From NCBI GenBank assembly GCA_016717345.1, contig JADKFR010000002.1, positions 246,040 through 310,039 on the forward strand: DNA of 64,000 nucleotides. The letters are read 5' to 3'. Below the pieces are notes generated by a model. The model worked only from the letters and a program-made list of their open reading frames with translations, did not search any database and was not told the origin of the DNA. Shown here piece after piece: positions 53,224-62,618 of this stretch. A program made the position numbers and the translations under genes. The first letter of the stretch is position 1; each line of letters begins with the position of its first letter. This stretch comes from Propionibacteriaceae bacterium (lineage in GTDB: Bacteria; Actinomycetota; Actinomycetes; Propionibacteriales; Propionibacteriaceae).

Positions 53224-54341
53224 CGGGCCTCCTCGAACGACTCCGCGTAGGCCCGGTACTGGTCGCGCTGGCTGGCGAGCCCCGGCGGGAGATCGGCGTA
53301 GACACGGTCCCACTGGTCTGCCAACTGCGGTTCGGCAAGCGACGTGCAGCCGGCGCGCAGGCGTTGCGCCAGGATGTCCGATTCGTCCTGAAGCGCGGCC
53401 GACCAGGCGTCGTCGATCGCGCCGGTGCTGCGCAGGTAGGTCGTGAGGCGGGCGATCGGGTCCTTGGCCTTCCACTCTTCGAGTTCGCTGGCCCGGCGGT
53501 ACTTGGTGGGGTCGTCGGAGGTGGTGTGGGCCCCCATGCGGTAGGTGTAGGCCTCGATCAGCGTCGGCCCTTCGCCGGCCCGGGCCCGCTCGAGCGCCCA
53601 GTGGGTGACGGCCTGAACGGCGAGCACGTCGTTGCCGTCCACCCGCACGCCGGGGAACCCGAAGCCCGCTGCCCGCCGGTAGAGCGGGATCCGCGACTGC
53701 AGCGCGATCGGCTCGGAGATCGCCCACTGGTTGTTCTGGCAGAAGAACACCACCGGCGCCGCGTACGAGGCGGCGAAGATGAACGCCTCGTTGACGTCGC
53801 CCTGGCTGGTCGCGCCGTCGCCGAAGTAGACGATGGCCGCGCCGTTGTCCGCGGGGTCGTCATTGCCGACCAGGCCGTCGCGTTGCATGGCCATCGCCAT
53901 GCCGACGGCGTGCAGCGTCTGCGTCCCGATCACGAAGGAATAGAGGTGGAACCGCTTGGCGCGGGAATCCCAATCGACCATCGAGGTGCCGCGGAAGGTG
54001 CCGAGCAGTTCCAACGGATCGACGCCCATGCACCACGCCACGCCGTGTTCGCGGTAGGACGGGACGACCTCGTCGAGCGGCCCGACGGCGTGCGCCGAAC
54101 CGACCTGGGCCGCCTCCTGCCCCAGCATCGGCGGCCACAACCCCAGCTCGCCCTTGCGTTGCAGGGCGGTCGCCTCGGCGTCGATCCGCCGGGCCAGCAC
54201 CATGTCGCGCAGGCTCGCGGCCAGGTCGTCGTCCGTCCCGGTGTAGCGGAAGTCCGGGTGCTCGACCCGGTTTCCCTCGGCGTCGAGCAGCTGGATGAAG
54301 TCCTGCCTGGCGGTGGGGGACGTCAGTTCCTCAAGGCTCAC
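53220..54341 (-). CDS. 2-oxoacid dehydrogenase E1 alpha subunit (TPP-dependent)
   Basis: 373 aa. It has the TPP motif (YFGDGATSQGDVNEAFIFAASYAAPVVFFCQNNQWAIS). Confidence 0.9.
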   Translation of the reverse strand: MSLEELTSPTARQDFIQLLDAEGNRVEHPDFRYTGTDDDLAASLRDMVLARRIDAEATALQRKGELGLWPPMLGQEAAQVGSAHAVGPLDEVVPSYREHGVAWCMGVDPLELLGTFRGTSMVDWDSRAKRFHLYSFVIGTQTLHAVGMAMAMQRDGLVGNDDPADNGAAIVYFGDGATSQGDVNEAFIFAASYAAPVVFFCQNNQWAISEPIALQSRIPLYRRAAGFGFPGVRVDGNDVLAVQAVTHWALERARAGEGPTLIEAYTYRMGAHTTSDDPTKYRRASELEEWKAKDPIARLTTYLRSTGAIDDAWSAALQDESDILAQRLRAGCTSLAEPQLADQWDRVYADLPPGLASQRDQYRAYAESFEEAR

Positions 54342-54358
54342 AAGACCCCAACTTATCA

Positions 54359-54368
54359 GTTACGTAAC
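54359..54368. promoter_or_regulatory. perfect 10-bp palindrome GTTACGTAAC in a divergent promoter gap
   Basis: Read directly. It sits in a locally AT-rich 73-bp gap between the E1 alpha start (54341) and the sigma-like gene start (54415). Confidence 0.3.
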
Positions 54369-54414
54369 CGTAGGTACAAGATTCAACCGAGCTCACCGGG
54401 CTACGCTGAGCGCC

Positions 54415-54957
54415 ATGAGCACCGAGGGCTTCGACGAATTCCGCGCCCGCTACGAGTCCCTCGTGGTCACCGCCTGCGAATGGCGCGCGATCCAGGCAAA
54501 CCCGTACACCACGGCCGACGACGTGTTCGCCCGGCTCGCCAGGCATCGGAGCGCCCCCAGCCTGCGGCTGCTCTACAGCAGCCTCCAGGACGCGGTGCTG
54601 CACGCCTACACCAGCCAGGCCGGGTCGCAGTCCTTCCTCGACAAGATGCGAGGGGTGCAGCAGGAGCTCAGCAACCGCCCCCACGACACCCCGCGCGAGG
54701 CCGCCCTGCGGTTGGCGATCAGCAGCCTCAAGGGCACCGACCGGGACCTCCTCCAACTCGCCCTGTGGGATGGGCTCACACCGTCCGAGATCGCCGAGGT
54801 CCGGCGCTGGGAGCCCGACACCGTCTCGACCCGGATCGTCCAGGCCCTGGGGCGGTTCGCGACGCTGGCCGCCAAACGCTCGATTCAGCTGGACGCCGTC
54901 GAACTACCGGCAACATTCCGAGCCCTCAAGCCGGGAACCCACACCCGCGGGGAGTGA
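54415..54957 (+). CDS. ECF-sigma-like protein with degenerate region 2
   Basis: 180 aa from the ATG at 54415. The region 4-like HTH is clear (LSSLKGTDRDLLQLALWDGLTPSEIAEVRRWEPDTVSTRIVQALGRF). The N-terminal FDEFRARYESLVV resembles the start of region 2, but the DNA-melting motif is not recognisable. Confidence 0.5.
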   Translation: MSTEGFDEFRARYESLVVTACEWRAIQANPYTTADDVFARLARHRSAPSLRLLYSSLQDAVLHAYTSQAGSQSFLDKMRGVQQELSNRPHDTPREAALRLAISSLKGTDRDLLQLALWDGLTPSEIAEVRRWEPDTVSTRIVQALGRFATLAAKRSIQLDAVELPATFRALKPGTHTRGE

Positions 54958-54968
54958 AGCGTCCTGGT

Positions 54969-55877
54969 TCAGCCCAGCAGGAGCAGGACGACGGGCATGG
55001 CGACGATACCGACCAGGATCGTCACTGAGGTCAGGTAGGCCGACAATTCGAGGTCCATCTCCAGTCGGCTCGTGAAGGCGGACAGCATCGAGGCCATCGG
55101 GGCGAACATCAGCATGCACACGATCGTGCGGATCTCCGCGGCCATCGGCAACCACAGCCAGACCGCAGCGGTGGCCAGCAGCGCGAAGGCGTAGCGGACG
55201 GCCAGCATCTTCAGGGCCCGACGGAACTTCGACGACGGCAACTTCAACTCCAGGCCGACGCCGATCATCGTCATCGCCAGATAGGGGTTGGCGGCTCCCA
55301 CCGTGGAGGTGAGGGTGATCACCGGGTCGGGCAGCCGGAGGTGGGTGACCATCAGGGCCACCAGCACCAGATAGGTCACGAAGACCGGCGAGCGGAAGAC
55401 CGCGAGCAGGACCCGTCGCAGCCAGCCCGAGTGGGGCGGTTCGGCGAGTGCCGTCCCCCAGGCGTAGCCGGAGCCGGCTGTGCTGAGCGCGCCGCCGATG
55501 TCGAACATCGTGCTGAAGATCATGGCGTGGGGGCCGATGATCCCAGCCAGGTACGGGGTGGAGAATGCCCCGATGTTGTAGCTGCCGCTGTTGATCACCG
55601 CGAACGCCTGCTCGCGGCGTCCGTGGCGGCGGGCCAGCAGGAAGCCGATGGCCTGCTGGAGGGTGTTCAGCACCATCGCCAGGCCGGTGAGCACCAGCAG
55701 GCCGGGGTCGAGCGCAAAGCCGTTGAAGGCGGTGAGGAGCGCGGCGGGAAGGGTCACCCAGAGCACCAGGGTTGAAAGCACCCGGAAGTCGGTGACGCGC
55801 AGCAGGCCGGTCCGCTTCAGGCCGACGGCCAGGGCGATGATGGCGACCATGGCGAGCGCCTTGACCAGGATCTCCAT
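54969..55877 (-). CDS. AEC (auxin efflux carrier) family transporter
   Basis: 302 aa from the ATG at 55877 (MEILVKALAMVAIIALAVGLKRTGLL...). It has about 10 TM segments, typical of the family. Confidence 0.75.
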   Translation of the reverse strand: MEILVKALAMVAIIALAVGLKRTGLLRVTDFRVLSTLVLWVTLPAALLTAFNGFALDPGLLVLTGLAMVLNTLQQAIGFLLARRHGRREQAFAVINSGSYNIGAFSTPYLAGIIGPHAMIFSTMFDIGGALSTAGSGYAWGTALAEPPHSGWLRRVLLAVFRSPVFVTYLVLVALMVTHLRLPDPVITLTSTVGAANPYLAMTMIGVGLELKLPSSKFRRALKMLAVRYAFALLATAAVWLWLPMAAEIRTIVCMLMFAPMASMLSAFTSRLEMDLELSAYLTSVTILVGIVAMPVVLLLLG

Positions 55878-55951
55878 CACCGGCCCACGGTAGCGCTGAA
55901 CGCCCGTGCCGGGCACGGGCGTTCAGCAGGGGGAGGCTGCGGGTCAGTGGG

Positions 55952-56587
55952 TCAGTACCCGCGGGACGTGTCTGCCGAGGCCTCGGCGCCGGCCAGGGCG
56001 CCGATGTAGTCGTCCACCGTCGTCGGCTTGGAGAACATCGGGTAGTCATAGGCGATCGCGTTGGCGTGCTCGGCGACCGACGTCGCGCCGACCGCGTCGG
56101 TGAGGGTGATCACTTCGTACCCCCGCTCGTAGGCCGACCGCATGGTCGACTCCACGCAGCAGTTGGTGAGGAAGCCCGCCAGGACGATCGTCGTGACGCC
56201 CTTCGAACGCAGGATGAAATCGAGGTTCGTCGAGCCGAACGCGTCCAGGCCGCGCTTGCCCTCGATGACGATGTCGCCCTCGCTGGGAGCTACGTCGGTG
56301 CAGAACTCCGCTCCCCAGCCGCCCTTGATGAAGGCGGACGAATCCACGACACCCTTGAGGATGCCGTACGGGTGCTGGGAGATCTCGTAGTACCCCTCGG
56401 CGAAGCTGATGGGGCTGTGGACAATGGCGACGCCGGCGGCCCGGGAGGCCTCGACGGCCCTGGCCGCGTTGGGGACGGTTCCGACCGACTCCATCGTCTC
56501 AGCGACGGCGCCATGGAGGACGCCGCCCTCGGTGGTGAAATCGTTCTGGAACTCGATCAGGACGAGGGCAGTGGTGGCTGGATTCAC
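55952..56587 (-). CDS. isochorismatase-family cysteine hydrolase
   Basis: 211 aa. It starts ALVLIEFQNDF and has a catalytic Cys region (VLAGFLTNCCVESTMR). Confidence 0.85.
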   Translation of the reverse strand: MNPATTALVLIEFQNDFTTEGGVLHGAVAETMESVGTVPNAARAVEASRAAGVAIVHSPISFAEGYYEISQHPYGILKGVVDSSAFIKGGWGAEFCTDVAPSEGDIVIEGKRGLDAFGSTNLDFILRSKGVTTIVLAGFLTNCCVESTMRSAYERGYEVITLTDAVGATSVAEHANAIAYDYPMFSKPTTVDDYIGALAGAEASADTSRGY

Positions 56588-56747
56588 GGGATCTCCTGTC
56601 AGCAGTGATAGCGATCACATAGCGGTGCCTGAAGGATAGGCCCAGCGTGCGACGACATGCCAGAGACCGGCTTGACTCACAGAGTTGGATCGATCAAGGG
56701 TTGTGCTCACTGGTGGCGGCGTACCGCCCCGGCGGTACCGTGCAGGC

Positions 56748-57347
56748 ATGATCGGTGTTGTTGCGTTCGACCTCGGCCAGGTGCTCTCCTCGCCCCCCGA
56801 CCTCTATTCGACGCCGGCCGCCCTGTTGGACGTGGAGCCGGACGACTACGAGGCCCTCTATTGGAACGACCGAGTCGCCTACGATGCGGGAGGTTCCCGC
56901 ATCGAGTACTACACCCCGATGCTGACCGCCCTCGGCGTGAAGCCCACCGGCGAGCTGATGACCCAGCTCGCCTGCCTCGACGGTGAAATGTGGGCCGACC
57001 TTCGCCCTGCGGCCCGCGAACTGCTGGCCACCGTCGCCGGCTGGGGGCTGCGCCGCGTGGTGGTCAGCAACGCTCCCCTCGCGCTTCGACGCTCCGTCGA
57101 GCAGTCGGACTGGCTCCCCCTCGTCGAACGGGTTTTCATCTCCGCCGAGCTGAAGCTGACCAAGCCCGACCCGCGCTTCTATCAGTTCGTCACAGCCGCC
57201 GTGGGCGTCGCCCCGCACGAGATCGCCTTCATCGACGATCGTCCCCGCAACGTGGCCGCGGGCACCGAGTTCGGCTGGCAGTCCCACCTGTGGGTGGACG
57301 ACGCCGACTCGCTCGCTTGGTTGCACCAGGCCTGCGGGCGGGGCTAG
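56748..57347 (+). CDS. HAD-superfamily hydrolase (subfamily IA-like)
   Basis: 199 aa from the ATG at 56748 (MIGVVAFDLGQVL). Motif II is VVVSNA and motif III/IV is KPDPRFY...FIDDRPRNV. Confidence 0.8.
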   Translation: MIGVVAFDLGQVLSSPPDLYSTPAALLDVEPDDYEALYWNDRVAYDAGGSRIEYYTPMLTALGVKPTGELMTQLACLDGEMWADLRPAARELLATVAGWGLRRVVVSNAPLALRRSVEQSDWLPLVERVFISAELKLTKPDPRFYQFVTAAVGVAPHEIAFIDDRPRNVAAGTEFGWQSHLWVDDADSLAWLHQACGRG

Positions 57348-57356
57348 CTGACGGCT

Positions 57357-58508
57357 TCAGCGCGGCTGGATGGCCGCCAGGCAGGCGTCCCCCTGGGGGC
57401 CACTCGACGCGGTGAACCACAGCGGCGGACGGATCAAAGCCCGGCACAGCTGGGGCGTCACCTGCCGCAGCCCCCCGGTCGCACCGGCATCGACCAGGCC
57501 GTTCCCGGCGCAGCCCGCGAACCCGAACTCGACCCGCCGGCCCGCCACGACCAGGACCGCCGACACGTCCGGAGGCACCCCAGGCCGGCATTGCTCGCTC
57601 GTCCCGTCGGGCCCCCCGCCGCCGGGCGCGGCCAGGATCGCCTGCCAGGCCTGGCCGGCGGCCTCCCCGGTGAGGGCGACCGAGGCCAGCAGGCCCGGTG
57701 TCCCAGCTGCGACCTGAGGGTCGTACAGGCACACCGTCAGGTCCGCCGGCCGCAACGCCGAGAGGTCGACGGCGGTGGTCGCCGGGTACTCCACGCTGCA
57801 GCCGTTGTGGTCGAGCGTGACCAGTTGCGCCGAGTCGAGGATGGTGCGGACGAGTTCGCGGTCCTCCGGCGGCGCCAGCACCCACAGCGCCGCCTCCCCC
57901 ACCACCCGGGACGAGTACGTCCACGGGGCCACGGCCGCCGGGGATGGTTGGTCGCCCGCCGGCAGGAAGCTCACGTGAAGCTGCTGCCGGGACGCTTCGA
58001 ATACCTCTGGGCACACCCAGGACGCCACCGCCGTCGGGCCGCGAGCGAGGTCGACGAACGGCGTCTCCGGACGCTCCAACTCGGGCGTCACGCACCAATC
58101 CGGGCCGGGGCTGAGGGCGTAGCCCCAGGTCACCGGCACCTGCACGACCACGTTGCGGAACGACTCCCAGCGGAACCCTGCGGCCGGCGGAGCGAGGGCC
58201 GATCCCAGGGCGGGACCGGGGGCGGCAGGGGCGGCGTCCTGGGCCGAACCGCCTCGCTCGGCCGACGCCCCGGCCGTCAGGGCGCCGGGGGCGGCCGGGG
58301 TCAGGACGGACACCACCACGACGCCCGCCGCCACCACGAGCGCCACGACGGCGGCCGCCGCGCCGGCCCAGACCGCCCACCGGCCCGGTCCTCGTCCCGG
58401 CCGCTGCGCCACCGCGGCGGGGTCCAACGGGGCGAAACTCTCGCCCGCGACATCGCGCCGCAGCGCCGCCCGGAAAGCTGCTTCCTCCCGCTCGAAGTCC
58501 TCAGGCAT
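57357..58508 (-). CDS. single-pass membrane protein, probable anti-sigma factor (non-canonical)
   Basis: 383 aa. It has a short cytoplasmic N-terminus, one TM segment (WAVWAGAAAAVVALVVAAGVVVVSVL) and a ~300-aa external domain with 8 Cys. It overlaps the upstream ECF sigma gene by 8 bp. Confidence 0.5.
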   Translation of the reverse strand: MPEDFEREEAAFRAALRRDVAGESFAPLDPAAVAQRPGRGPGRWAVWAGAAAAVVALVVAAGVVVVSVLTPAAPGALTAGASAERGGSAQDAAPAAPGPALGSALAPPAAGFRWESFRNVVVQVPVTWGYALSPGPDWCVTPELERPETPFVDLARGPTAVASWVCPEVFEASRQQLHVSFLPAGDQPSPAAVAPWTYSSRVVGEAALWVLAPPEDRELVRTILDSAQLVTLDHNGCSVEYPATTAVDLSALRPADLTVCLYDPQVAAGTPGLLASVALTGEAAGQAWQAILAAPGGGGPDGTSEQCRPGVPPDVSAVLVVAGRRVEFGFAGCAGNGLVDAGATGGLRQVTPQLCRALIRPPLWFTASSGPQGDACLAAIQPR

Positions 58509-59040
58509 CCTGACTCCCCTCCAGCTGGGCCCGCAGGCTCACCAGGGCACGGTGGACGTGGGACCGCGCGGTCGCCTCGGCGCACCCGAGGATCTGTCCG
58601 ATCTCGGCGAAGGACCGGTCCTCGTAGAACCGCAGCACCACCGCCGCGCGCTGGACGGGCGGTAGCGTCCCGCACAACCGCAGGGCCTCGTCGATGTCGG
58701 CCACCCGGGCCGCAGGGTCCTGCGCGGTCGGCGCCGCCCGCAGGCTGGCCGGCTCGGCGGCGGGGACGAGCCGACGAACTGTGCGCCAGCGGGAGACGTG
58801 GGCGTTGACGACGCTGCGCCGGACGTAGGCGTCCACCTGGCCGCGGGCGGCCACCTGTCGCCAGCGCGGGAACAGGCCGGTCAGGGCGTCCTGGACGGCG
58901 TCGTGCGCGTCCTCCCGATTGCGGGTCACCAGGTAGGCGAACCGCAGCAGCGCCGCCGACCGGGTCGCCACGTAGTGTTCGAACGACAGCGTGGCCGGTT
59001 CATCCGGGTCGCTCACCCAGACCCCCTCGCACGTCGTCAC
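58501..59040 (-). CDS. ECF (sigma-70 family) RNA polymerase sigma factor
   Basis: 179 aa. Region 2 is LLRFAYLVTRNREDAHDAVQDALTGLFPRW. Region 4 is LPPVQRAAVVLRFYEDRSFAEIGQILGCAEATARSHVHRAL. Confidence 0.85.
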   Translation of the reverse strand: MTTCEGVWVSDPDEPATLSFEHYVATRSAALLRFAYLVTRNREDAHDAVQDALTGLFPRWRQVAARGQVDAYVRRSVVNAHVSRWRTVRRLVPAAEPASLRAAPTAQDPAARVADIDEALRLCGTLPPVQRAAVVLRFYEDRSFAEIGQILGCAEATARSHVHRALVSLRAQLEGSQDA

Positions 59041-59076
59041 ACCCTTTTCACGCCGCGATCAGGCGTTTCGTTGCGC

Positions 59077-60129
59077 TTACTCCCCGGGGTACCGGACGCC
59101 CAGCTGTTCCCTGATCCCGTCCAGGATCTCGATGATGGCCACGCTCTGGGCCACCGGCAGCAGCGGCGATTCCCGTCGGTCGTCGGCCACCAGTTGGGCG
59201 AAGTGCGCGGCTTCATGGCACAACCCCTGGTGGGCCAGGTAGTCGCGCTCCGGGCGCACCACCTGATCACCGTCGGGGTCGACCAGGCGCACCGGTCCTG
59301 GCATGTAGAAGGAGTCCTCGAGTTCGACCCGGGCCGCGGTGCCGCTGATCGTGGCTGTGGTCGGGGTCTTGGCCGCCAACGTCGTGGAGAGCAGCGCCTG
59401 GGCCCGGGGGTGGCGGGCGAAGCCGTCCATCAGGATCGAGACCTGGCTGTCCACGCCGGTCGGGGTGAGGGTGCCCACCGCCTGGACCCGTCCAGGCAGG
59501 CCGAGCGCGAACACCGCGTACGAGATGGGGTAGATGCCCAGATCGAGCAGCGCTCCCCCGGCCAGCGCCGGGTCGTGCAGGCGGGGTGCCTTGTCAGGCC
59601 CGAGCGCCTGCCCGTGGTCGGCGATCAGGGTTTCCAGTTCCCCCAGCGCCCCGTCCGCCAGTAGCTGGCGCACGACGTCGGTGTGCGGCAGGAACCGCGT
59701 CCACATCGCCTCCATCAAGGTCACGCCGGCCGCCTGGGCAGCGTGTGCCAGCTGCCACGCCTCCCCGGCGTTGCGGGTGAAGGCCTTTTCGAGCAGGACG
59801 TGCTTGCCGGCCTCGATCGCCATCGACGCCTGCTTGAAGTGCTCGCTGTGGGGCGAGGCCACGTAGACGATCTGGACCGACGGGTCGGCCAGCAACGCTT
59901 CGTAGGAGCCGTACGCCCGGGGAACGTCGAATTCCGCGGCGAAAGCCGCCGCGCGTTCAGCCGAGCGCGAGCCGACCGCGACCAGCCGCTGCCGCGTGAA
60001 AGTGCGCAGTGAGCGGGCGAAGGCTGTGGCGATGCCGCCGGGGGCCAGGATCCCCCAGTTCAGCGGCGGGGCCTGGTGCGGATCGGGAACGCGGGAGACG
60101 GGCAGGGTGGCAGGCAGGCTCATGGCCAC
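59077..60129 (-). CDS. Gfo/Idh/MocA family oxidoreductase
   Basis: 350 aa. The N-terminal Rossmann region is LNWGILAPGGIATAFARSL...LVAVGSRSAERA, and the EKAF-type motif (LLEKAFT) is present. Confidence 0.85.
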   Translation of the reverse strand: MAMSLPATLPVSRVPDPHQAPPLNWGILAPGGIATAFARSLRTFTRQRLVAVGSRSAERAAAFAAEFDVPRAYGSYEALLADPSVQIVYVASPHSEHFKQASMAIEAGKHVLLEKAFTRNAGEAWQLAHAAQAAGVTLMEAMWTRFLPHTDVVRQLLADGALGELETLIADHGQALGPDKAPRLHDPALAGGALLDLGIYPISYAVFALGLPGRVQAVGTLTPTGVDSQVSILMDGFARHPRAQALLSTTLAAKTPTTATISGTAARVELEDSFYMPGPVRLVDPDGDQVVRPERDYLAHQGLCHEAAHFAQLVADDRRESPLLPVAQSVAIIEILDGIREQLGVRYPGE

Positions 60130-60173
60130 AACCTACTGGCCGGGCAGCGCCCGGCAACAGCGCCCCGAAGGCT

Positions 60174-60581
60174 TCAGAAGTTGGTCGGACCGGGGTTCGC
60201 GCGCCGGTTCGCGACCTTGCGCCCGACGGCGAGCCACAGCAGGAACCACCCTCCCAGGGCCGTCACCAGCCACACCACCAGGGCCGCCAGCACCCACGAG
60301 CGCCAGCCGGAGATCGTCAGGCCGCCGGGCAGCCAGGTGGCGATCCACAGGGCGAGCAGGGTGGAGACCAGCCCGATGCCACCGAGCAGCGCGGAGGCGT
60401 AGCGGCGGGCGGTGTTGAAGACGAAGGGGCCGAGCAACGTGGTGGCGGCGGTGAAGATCACGACGGCCGTGATGAACCCGGCGGCCTCGAGGTGGACGCC
60501 TTCGACCAGCCACGCCGCGACCAGGAGTCCCAGCACCGCCGAGGCGAGGTTGACGGCGATTCCGATGAGCATGCGGATCAT
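60174..60581 (-). CDS. small 4-TM membrane protein, holin-family-IV-like (tentative)
   Basis: 135 aa with four hydrophobic helices. The GLTISGWRSWVLAALVVWLVTAL segment resembles the G-W motif of Phage_holin_4_2-type proteins, which is also seen in the 61695-62075 paralog. Confidence 0.45.
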   Translation of the reverse strand: MIRMLIGIAVNLASAVLGLLVAAWLVEGVHLEAAGFITAVVIFTAATTLLGPFVFNTARRYASALLGGIGLVSTLLALWIATWLPGGLTISGWRSWVLAALVVWLVTALGGWFLLWLAVGRKVANRRANPGPTNF

Positions 60582-60632
60582 GCGGGCGAGCCTAGCCCAG
60601 CGCCCGGCCGGTTCGAGCCCGCGACAGGCTGC

Positions 60633-61631
60633 TCAGCCGGCGAGGGTGGCGACCATCAGCGCCTTGATCGAGTGCATGCGGTTCTCGGCCTGGTCGAACA
60701 CGATCGACGCCGAGGACTCGAAGACCTCGTCGGTCACCTCGAGTTCGGGCAGCCCGAAGCGTCGGAAGACCTCTTCACCGACCGTGGTCTCGCGGTTGTG
60801 GTAGGCGGGAAGGCAATGCATGAACTTCACCTCATCGACGCCGGTGCGCTCCAGCAGTGCCGTGTTGACCTGGTAGTCACGCAGCAGGTCGATCCGTTCC
60901 GTCCACACCGATTCGGGCTCCCCCATCGACACCCAGATGTCGGTGTGCAGGAACTGGCACCCGCGGACCCCGTCCAACTCCTCGGTGAGGGTGATCAGCC
61001 CGCCGGTTTCCTCCGCGAAGGCCTTGGCCCGCTCCACGACCCAGGCGGGGGGCAGCAGCTTGGCCGGCGCCACGATCCGAACGTCCATGCCGAGCAGGGC
61101 ACCGCCCATCAGCAGCGAACAGCCGACGTTGAACCGGGCGTCCCCGACGTAGGCGAACGCGATCTCCCGATCGGCCAACCCGCTCGCCTCACGCATGGTG
61201 AACATGTCGCACAGGCTCTGGGTGGGGTGCCACTCGTCGGTGAGCCCGTTCCAGACCGGGACGGAGGAGGCTGCCGCGATCTTCTCGACCGTCGCCTGCA
61301 ACGCCCCCCGGTATTCGATGCCGTCGAACAGCCGCGACAGCACCCGGGCGGTGTCGGCCGGTGATTCCTTGTGTCCCAACTGGGAGGAGTTCCCGTCCAT
61401 CTGGGTGACGTGGGCGCCCTGGTGGTGCGCCGCCACCTCGAACGCGCTGCGGGTGCGGGTCGAGGTCTTCTCGAAGATCAGGGCGAGGTTCATCCCGGCG
61501 AGGCGTTGCCGCTCGACACCGGCCTGTCTTTCGGCCTTGAGTTCGCCGGTCAGGCGCAGCAGGTGGGCCCACTCCGCCGGAGTGAAGTCCATCTCCTTGA
61601 GGAAGTGCCGTCCACGCAAGCTCGTCGTCAC
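60633..61631 (-). CDS. ornithine carbamoyltransferase
   Basis: 332 aa from the GTG at 61631 ([16 protein letters not shown]). It carries the motifs [21 protein letters not shown] and [13 protein letters not shown]. No other arginine biosynthesis genes are nearby. Confidence 0.9.
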   Translation of the reverse strand: MTTSLRGRHFLKEMDFTPAEWAHLLRLTGELKAERQAGVERQRLAGMNLALIFEKTSTRTRSAFEVAAHHQGAHVTQMDGNSSQLGHKESPADTARVLSRLFDGIEYRGALQATVEKIAAASSVPVWNGLTDEWHPTQSLCDMFTMREASGLADREIAFAYVGDARFNVGCSLLMGGALLGMDVRIVAPAKLLPPAWVVERAKAFAEETGGLITLTEELDGVRGCQFLHTDIWVSMGEPESVWTERIDLLRDYQVNTALLERTGVDEVKFMHCLPAYHNRETTVGEEVFRRFGLPELEVTDEVFESSASIVFDQAENRMHSIKALMVATLAG

Positions 61632-61694
61632 AAGCCGAACCTTACGAGATCCCGACCGATAGGAGAACTTTGGGAGTCGTGACAGCATGGAGTC

Positions 61695-62075
61695 ATGCTC
61701 ATACGCTTCCTCGCCAGCGCGGCGGCCCTGGCAGTGGCCACGTTCGTCGTCGGCGGGATCACGGTGGTCGACCGTGATCTTGAGACCGAAATCGTCACGA
61801 TCCTGACGGTCGCGGTGATCTTCGGCGTCGTGAACAGCATCGTCAAGCCCCTCTTCCGGTTCGTGACAGCCCCGCTGATCTTCTTCTCCCTGGGCCTGTT
61901 CCTGCTCGTCATCAACGCGGTCCTGCTGATGTTCACCTCGTGGGTGGCGGGCGAACTGAACCTGGGCTGGCACGTGGACGGGTGGTGGTCGGCCTTCTGG
62001 GGAGGCCTGATCGTCTCGATCGTCAGCTTCATCCTCAACACCTTCTTCGGCAAGCGTGGGACGGAGCACCGGTGA
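61695..62075 (+). CDS. phage-holin-family-IV (PF04020-like) 4-TM membrane protein
   Basis: 126 aa. The sequence reads ...[74 protein letters not shown], typical of this family. Confidence 0.65.
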   Translation: MLIRFLASAAALAVATFVVGGITVVDRDLETEIVTILTVAVIFGVVNSIVKPLFRFVTAPLIFFSLGLFLLVINAVLLMFTSWVAGELNLGWHVDGWWSAFWGGLIVSIVSFILNTFFGKRGTEHR

Positions 62076-62545
62076 GCCCCATTATCGAGTTCGTCTGCTG
62101 GGGGAACATCTGCCGCTCCCCGATGGCCGAACGGGTCGCCCAGGCGTGGGCCCAGCGGGACCAGATCAAAGGCGTGACCTTCACCAGTGCCGGCGTCAGC
62201 GCCGAGGAGGCCGGCCACCCGATCGACGAGCGCGCCGCGGACGTCCTGCGGGCCGCCGGCTACCGGACGGAGGGGCACAGCGCGCACCGGATCACCGCTG
62301 AAGAGATCCGGTCGGCCAGCATGCTGATCGGGATGGAACAGATCCACCTGGACCGGATCAAGCAGATGGTGCCCGGCGTGCACCACCTGTACCTGCTGAG
62401 CAATTTCAACCGGGACGCGGTCCCGGGCTCCGGCATCCCCGACCCCTGGTACGGCACGGCGGAAGGTTTCAACCAGACGCTGGCCGCCATCGAGGCGGCC
62501 ATGCCCGAGCTGATGCGCCGCGCCCGCGAGTTGGCGCGGGCGTAG
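62072..62545 (+). CDS. low-molecular-weight protein-tyrosine phosphatase
   Basis: 157 aa from the GTG at 62072, which forms a GTGA overlap with the holin-like stop. The P-loop is [14 protein letters not shown] and the DPWY motif is present. Confidence 0.9.
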   Translation: MSPIIEFVCWGNICRSPMAERVAQAWAQRDQIKGVTFTSAGVSAEEAGHPIDERAADVLRAAGYRTEGHSAHRITAEEIRSASMLIGMEQIHLDRIKQMVPGVHHLYLLSNFNRDAVPGSGIPDPWYGTAEGFNQTLAAIEAAMPELMRRARELARA

Positions 62546-62618
62546 TCCGTCCCACGCGCCCCTGCCCGGCGTGGGCGCGGTGAGCAACGCCACTGCGCCG
62601 ACGTGGCAGGCTGGGACC

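Noticed and set aside
60174-62075. Prophage lysis cassette, suggested by the two holin-family proteins
   Set aside because: There is no endolysin, spanin, or phage structural or integrase gene nearby. The genes are embedded among housekeeping genes, and PF04020-type proteins are common chromosomal membrane proteins.
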